Source: Hyperthermus butylicus DSM 5456 (GTDB lineage Archaea; Thermoproteota; Thermoprotei_A; Sulfolobales; Pyrodictiaceae). Taken from it: a DNA stretch of 32,000 nt. Position numbers and translations under genes: made by a program. The DNA lies in the NCBI RefSeq assembly GCF_000015145.1, contig NC_008818.1, forward strand, positions 510,001 to 542,000, given 5' to 3'. Shown in pieces: positions 27,826-32,000 of this stretch. Numbering within the stretch: position 1 is the first letter of the stretch; every line of letters begins with the position of its first letter. Under the pieces are notes generated by a model. That model was not told where the DNA came from and made no database searches. It saw nothing but the letters and a program-made list of their open reading frames with translations.

Positions 27826-28572
27826 CTTATGCCCGGCGAGAAGTTGTCCAGCGAGGAGCTGGCTAGGTATGATAGACAGCTACCACTGTTTGGTATTGGG
27901 GGCCAGGCTAAGCTTAAGAATGTAAGTGTCCTAATCGCTGGCGTTGGTGGGCTTGGATCGTTCGAGGCTATGTATCTTGCTGCGCTTGGTGTTGGTAGGC
28001 TTGTTCTAGTGGACGCTGATTATGTTGACATTACTAATCTTAACAGGCAGGTGCTCTACTGGACTGAGGATATTGGTAAGCCGAAGCCCTACCCGGCGGC
28101 TGAGAAGCTTCGCCGTCTCAACCCGAATGTTGAGGTTGTTGTTGTTAGGGAGCGTATAACGCCGGAGACGGCGTCCAGGCTTGTGAAGGACGTGGACGTG
28201 GTTATTGATGGGCTTGATAACTGGGAGACGAGGTTAATTCTCGACGAGGCAGCGTATCGGGCGGGTAAACCATACATCCATGCTGGTGTCTATGGGTTTC
28301 AGGGCCAGGTTGTAGTTGTAGTACCTGGTGAGACGCCCTGTCTGCGGTGTCTACTTCCGCCTTTTCTACGTACGCCAGAGCGCATAATAGCAATTAGCCC
28401 CGTGGTGGGTATTGTGGCTGGCATAGTAGTGATGGAGCTGGTAAAGCTTGTAACGGGGATTGGTCGCTCAAATAAGGGAAGAATGATAATAGTTGATACG
28501 TATAACATGGAGTTCATGAACGTAGAGCTAAAGCCCCGCAAGGGGTGCATGTGTCCCGAGCCTGGGGTGTAA
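27826..28572 (+). CDS. ThiF/MoeB/HesA-family E1-like adenylyltransferase
   Basis: RYDRQLPLFGIGGQAKLKNVSVLIAGVGGLGSFEAMYLAALGVGRLVLVDADYVDITNLNRQVL...TPCLRCLLPP...CMCPEPG. Confidence 0.88.
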   Translation, partial: LMPGEKLSSEELARYDRQLPLFGIGGQAKLKNVSVLIAGVGGLGSFEAMYLAALGVGRLVLVDADYVDITNLNRQVLYWTEDIGKPKPYPAAEKLRRLNPNVEVVVVRERITPETASRLVKDVDVVIDGLDNWETRLILDEAAYRAGKPYIHAGVYGFQGQVVVVVPGETPCLRCLLPPFLRTPERIIAISPVVGIVAGIVVMELVKLVTGIGRSNKGRMIIVDTYNMEFMNVELKPRKGCMCPEPGV

Positions 28573-28580
28573 GCTAGGCC

Positions 28581-29747
28581 GTGGAGTATGAAAAGCTGGT
28601 ACTTGCAGCGCTTTCCGGCGAAATAGTGTTGAAGTCAGAGCGTACAAGGCCTAGGTTTGAGCAGAGACTAGTTGAGAATATCCATGATGCCCTTAGCCGC
28701 AATAATGTGTCGTGCAAGAGTATCGCCATAGAGTATGCAAGGCTGCTAGTTAGGGACTGCAGCGACTACGATAAGGCGCTGGATACGCTGCTCCGAGTCT
28801 TCGGTGTCCACGGCGCAGCAATAGCCTACAGCTTCAAGCACAGTGGGAGCCTCGACGAGATAGCGGTAGGGGTACGAGAAATCGCGGCTGAATGGGTGAA
28901 AGGGCGCAAGTTCGCGGTGCGCGCCAGGCGTAGTGGTGTCGAGGGCTTCACAAGCCTGGACATAGCTAGGCGTGTAGGCGCAGAGCTCTACCCCTACTCG
29001 GCGGGCGTAGACCTAGAGAAACCCGAGGTGGAGGTATACGTTGAGGTTAGAGGACGCCAAGTCTACGTCTACCAGGGCATGAGGCCTGGGCCTGGCGGGC
29101 TCCCCGTAGGCGTTGAGGGCCGGGCTCTCGTTCTCTTCTCCGGCGGCCTAGACTCTCCAGTTGCGGCATGGTATACGGCTAAGAGGGGCGTCGAGGTTGA
29201 CCTTCTCCACTTCATACTAGCTGTTCCAGCATCAGCCAGGGATGCCGAGCGTGTCGGTAGGAGGCTAGCAGAACTATGGCTCTACGGGTATAAGCCAAAA
29301 CTGTTCCTCGTAGACTTTAGGCCGGTAACAGTAACGATAGCTTCAAACACTAGGAGAGGCTATGAGCAGATAGTGCTAAGGCTAGCAATGTACTATGCAG
29401 CACAGCTAATAGCCGAGAAGCACGGATATGACGCGGTGGTTACAGGCGAGAGTATAGGCCAGGTTTCAAGCCAGACCCTCAAAAACATGAAAGCGATGGC
29501 CCAGGCCTTACCCCTGCGCCTCCCCCTCATAAGGCCCCTGGCTGGCATGGATAAGGAGGAGATAGTAACGGTGTGCAGGAGGATAGGAGTCTACGAGGAA
29601 GCAGCAAAAACCAAGGAGTACTGCCAGATAGCGAGAGGTCTAGCAATAACTAGAGCAGACCCAAAGATTCTGAGCGAAGAGTTCGAAAAGGTAAAAGATA
29701 TTGTTGAAGCTTCACTAGCCACGCTTAAAACTGTCGATCTCGCCTAG
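28581..29747 (+). CDS. thiI: ThiI-like tRNA 4-thiouridine/thiazole sulfur transferase (no rhodanese domain)
   Basis: 388 aa; THUMP-like N-terminus, then ALVLFSGGLDSPVAAWYTAKRGVEVDLLHF (PP-loop), TGESIGQVSSQTLKNM...PLAGMDKEEIV. Confidence 0.9.
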   Translation: MEYEKLVLAALSGEIVLKSERTRPRFEQRLVENIHDALSRNNVSCKSIAIEYARLLVRDCSDYDKALDTLLRVFGVHGAAIAYSFKHSGSLDEIAVGVREIAAEWVKGRKFAVRARRSGVEGFTSLDIARRVGAELYPYSAGVDLEKPEVEVYVEVRGRQVYVYQGMRPGPGGLPVGVEGRALVLFSGGLDSPVAAWYTAKRGVEVDLLHFILAVPASARDAERVGRRLAELWLYGYKPKLFLVDFRPVTVTIASNTRRGYEQIVLRLAMYYAAQLIAEKHGYDAVVTGESIGQVSSQTLKNMKAMAQALPLRLPLIRPLAGMDKEEIVTVCRRIGVYEEAAKTKEYCQIARGLAITRADPKILSEEFEKVKDIVEASLATLKTVDLA

Positions 29748-30366
29748 CCTCATAATACCTAGCGTGTGGATCGGAGAGTATGGGTGATGGATCAACAATA
29801 AGCTCCTCGAGCTTCTGTGCGGGTCTAAACACGACACCCTCAACAAGCCTTGGCGCTCCATGGTTAGCGGCTAGTACTGGGACAACGATTTTCGGCTTCA
29901 CAAGCAGCTCCAGGGCATAGTTACCCTCTGCAATTCTCCTAGCCTGCCTAGCAAGCTTGGCAGCTATCGCTTCAAGTCTTTCTCCTGCCTCCCCCATTCT
30001 AACTATATGAATTGCAAATACTATGCCGTCGCGTCTAGCAACTATATAGTCTACATGTGGTATGCTGGAGACCCTCACTACGCTTGCAACTACTCTTCGA
30101 AGGCCGCGGAGCCTAGAGAGGACCTCTTCGACGAGACTGCCACGCTCCAGCGGTTCGGGCTGTGACTCGAAGCCCGTATAGCAGGCTATGTCACCGGAGA
30201 CTAGGACTATGCCACGGGCTTCAAGCTCGTCAAGTGCCTCTCTAACCTCGCTCAGGGAGAGCCTTGCCCTAGCAGCTATCGTTGCCAGTGAAAGACAGCC
30301 CCGGCCGCGCTGGCTAGACTCTCGCAGTACACGCAGCACCCTCGATGCGTGGTCCCGGCCTGGCAT
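29725..30366 (-). CDS. Uncharacterised winged-HTH protein
   Basis: 213 aa; LSLATIAARARLSLSEVREALDELEARGIVLVSGD is HTH-like; its 3' end overlaps the thiI 3' end. Confidence 0.55.
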   Translation of the reverse strand: MPGRDHASRVLRVLRESSQRGRGCLSLATIAARARLSLSEVREALDELEARGIVLVSGDIACYTGFESQPEPLERGSLVEEVLSRLRGLRRVVASVVRVSSIPHVDYIVARRDGIVFAIHIVRMGEAGERLEAIAAKLARQARRIAEGNYALELLVKPKIVVPVLAANHGAPRLVEGVVFRPAQKLEELIVDPSPILSDPHARYYEARRDRQF

Positions 30367-30397
30367 ACACTACTACCCCGCTATTATGCCTGGAAAG

Positions 30398-30463
30398 TGG
30401 TCAGCAATGAGGCCTCCAGTCATCGCTCCCCAAGCTCTTCACGAAGGACGCGGTCATCATACC
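30398..30463 (-). ncRNA. Candidate box C/D sRNA
   Basis: Minus strand: C ATGATGA (30454-30460), C' GCGATGA (30420-30426), D CTGA (30401-30404), D' degenerate GTGA. Guides CCGCGTCCTTC and CTGGAGGCCTCATTG. Confidence 0.45.
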
Positions 30464-30711
30464 CAGGTGCTGGGTAGAGGAGCGCAGGCCCCCTCATCCA
30501 GCTGGGCGTCCACAGCGCCCTGTTGGGGGCCCGGCGGCACCCGAGAGGCCCCGGCCACCTGGTATACAGTAAGTCGCAGGTTTCCGGTTTTAGTCTTGGA
30601 GTGCTGGGGGCCTCTGGGGCGAGAAGACTCCGCATCCCTTGTTGCTCTACGGTTTTCGGACTCGTCTTCACCGGCCCCCAAGTAGCACTAGGATGGTGGT
30701 TAGTGTAGCTA

Positions 30712-30741
30712 TACGCTTTATAGCCTAGGTAAGGCTTTTTA
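30712..30741 (+). promoter_or_regulatory. Putative promoter region of psmA-SBDS
   Basis: TATA-like cgctttatag and ggcttttta 45-75 nt upstream of the psmA start. Confidence 0.35.
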
Positions 30742-30785
30742 CGCGTAGGCCTGGGTTTACGGCTTGATTGGAGGTGTAATGTGCA

Positions 30786-31517
30786 GTGTCGTTCCCGGCT
30801 CCACCAGCGATGATGGGGTATGACCGTAGTACAGCGATGTTCTCTCCTGATGGCCGGCTATTCCAGGTAGAGTATGCTATGGAGGCTGCTAAGCGTGGCT
30901 GGACGATGGTGGGTGTTAGGGCTCGCGACGGTGTGGTGATCGTTGCTGAGAAGAAGAAGACAAGCCCGCTAATCGATATTGAGCAGCTGGAGAAGGTCTA
31001 CATGGTTGACGAGCATATAGGAGCTGGTTTTGTAGGGTTCGGCAGTGATGGTCGCGTGTTGATAGACTATGCTAGGCAGCTAGCGATACAGTACAAGTTC
31101 ATCTATGGCGAGAAGATACCAGTTGAGTACCTTACCAGGCAGATCTGTGACCTAATGCAGCTCTACACCCAGCATGGTGGCGTGAGACCCTTCGGTGTGA
31201 CACTGCTGATAGTCGGTGTAGATGATAGTGGTCCCAAGCTATTCGTTGCAGAGCCGAGCGGCCAGTACATGAGCTATAAGGCTCATGGTCTTGGCCAGGG
31301 TGGTGGCCAGGCTATAGAGATCCTGCAGCGCGAGTACAGGGACGACATAGATGTTGAGGGCGCAATACTCCTGGGCATAAGGGCTGTAGCATCTGTAATG
31401 GAGGGTAAGCCTACGCCGGAAACCCTAGAGGTTGGTGTAGCGGATACTAGGACTGGGAGGTTTAGGAAACTGACTAAAGAGGAGCTATTAAAGTATATAG
31501 AAAAGCTTGGTGCCTAG
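30786..31517 (+). CDS. psmA: Proteasome alpha subunit
   Basis: MGYDRSTAMFSPDGRLFQVEYAMEAAKRGWTMVGVRARDGVVIVAEKK. Confidence 0.96.
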   Translation: MSFPAPPAMMGYDRSTAMFSPDGRLFQVEYAMEAAKRGWTMVGVRARDGVVIVAEKKKTSPLIDIEQLEKVYMVDEHIGAGFVGFGSDGRVLIDYARQLAIQYKFIYGEKIPVEYLTRQICDLMQLYTQHGGVRPFGVTLLIVGVDDSGPKLFVAEPSGQYMSYKAHGLGQGGGQAIEILQREYRDDIDVEGAILLGIRAVASVMEGKPTPETLEVGVADTRTGRFRKLTKEELLKYIEKLGA

Positions 31518-31520
31518 AGA

Positions 31521-32000
31521 ATGCCGCGGAAGGGCAGGGGCGAGCACGAGCCTGTAGTTGCGAGGCTTGAGGTTGCAGGTAAGCGTTTCGAGGTTCTCGT
31601 AAACCCGGACCTTGCTTTTGAGTATAAGCAAGGGAAGCAGGTTAGCCTTGAGGACATGGTTATTAGCGACGCTGTCTACACTGATCTGCGTCGAGGCTTG
31701 AGAGCATCACCTGAACTCCTACGCAAGGTTTTCGGCACTGATGACGTGGTAAAGATTGCGGCTGAGATTGTACGTCGTGGAGAACTACAGCTCACTGCCG
31801 AGCAGAGGAGGAGGCTGATAGAGGCAAAGAAGAAACAGATTATAAGCTACATAGCCCGCAACGCCATAGACCCGAAGACCAAGCTTCCAATTCCACCCGC
31901 TAGGATAGAGGCTGCTATGGAACAGGCGGGCGTAGGTGTAGACCCGTTTAAGAGTGTAGAGGAGCAAGCCCAGCTCATAGTCAAGGCTATAAGCAGGATT
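31521..32000 (+). CDS. SBDS/SDO1 ribosome maturation protein, truncated by the window edge
   Basis: [59 protein letters not shown]...[26 protein letters not shown], read from sequence; not in the ORF track. Confidence 0.93.
   Translation, partial: MPRKGRGEHEPVVARLEVAGKRFEVLVNPDLAFEYKQGKQVSLEDMVISDAVYTDLRRGLRASPELLRKVFGTDDVVKIAAEIVRRGELQLTAEQRRRLIEAKKKQIISYIARNAIDPKTKLPIPPARIEAAMEQAGVGVDPFKSVEEQAQLIVKAISRI

Noticed and set aside
30188-30685. Plus-strand 165-aa ORF and nearby overlapping ORFs (30420-30671, 30457-30681)
   Set aside because: Overlap a better minus-strand winged-HTH ORF and GC-rich non-coding DNA; low-complexity Pro/Arg/Ser translations with no family pattern.
30420-30700. RNase P RNA or SRP RNA
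   Set aside because: Looked for P RNA and SRP helix-8 conserved elements on both strands; none were recognisable.
31785-31967. Minus-strand 60-aa ORF near the right edge
   Set aside because: Lies opposite the truncated SBDS gene, which is continuous on the plus strand.
1-32000. CRISPR arrays, transposases, integrases or phage genes
   Set aside because: No regularly spaced direct repeats, IS-type ORFs or integrase signatures seen; the only mobile-like content is the VapBC remnant.

Overview
Crenarchaeal-type chromosomal window, probably from a hyperthermophile of the Desulfurococcales/Pyrodictium-Hyperthermus kind. That placement is inferred from gene content, order and tRNA style. The DNA is mostly dense housekeeping operons: S13-S4-S11-Rpo3-L18e-L13-S9-Rpo10-S2; then MEMO, a GHMP-kinase-like gene, IPK, type 2 IPP isomerase, GGPP synthase, a DUF2118-like gene and GluRS. 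L7Ae, S28e, L24e and NDK follow, interleaved with opposite-strand genes. Next come a YchF/Obg-type GTPase, L15e, a PF01877-type protein, Rpp30 and Pop5, a riboflavin cluster, a VapBC locus, ThiF-like and ThiI genes, and PsmA-SBDS. There are tRNA-Gly(TCC) and tRNA-Phe(GAA) genes and up to three candidate box C/D sRNAs; the one at ~27.6 kb is well formed. No CRISPR, transposon or phage module was seen. Main leads: (1) the RNase P Pop5 subunit carries an N-terminal transmembrane helix plus a coiled-coil-like linker; (2) the riboflavin cluster is followed by a deaminase-like amidohydrolase and a creatininase-family gene, candidates for steps with poorly known archaeal enzymes, and the block separates Rpp30/Pop5 from psmA/SBDS; (3) vapC is broken by two single-base frameshifts beside an intact vapB; (4) a methyltransferase has one in-frame TAG; (5) a GHMP-kinase-like gene in the isoprenoid operon lacks the GLGSS ATP loop; (6) unannotated C/D sRNAs have guides that appear to match conserved rRNA cores.
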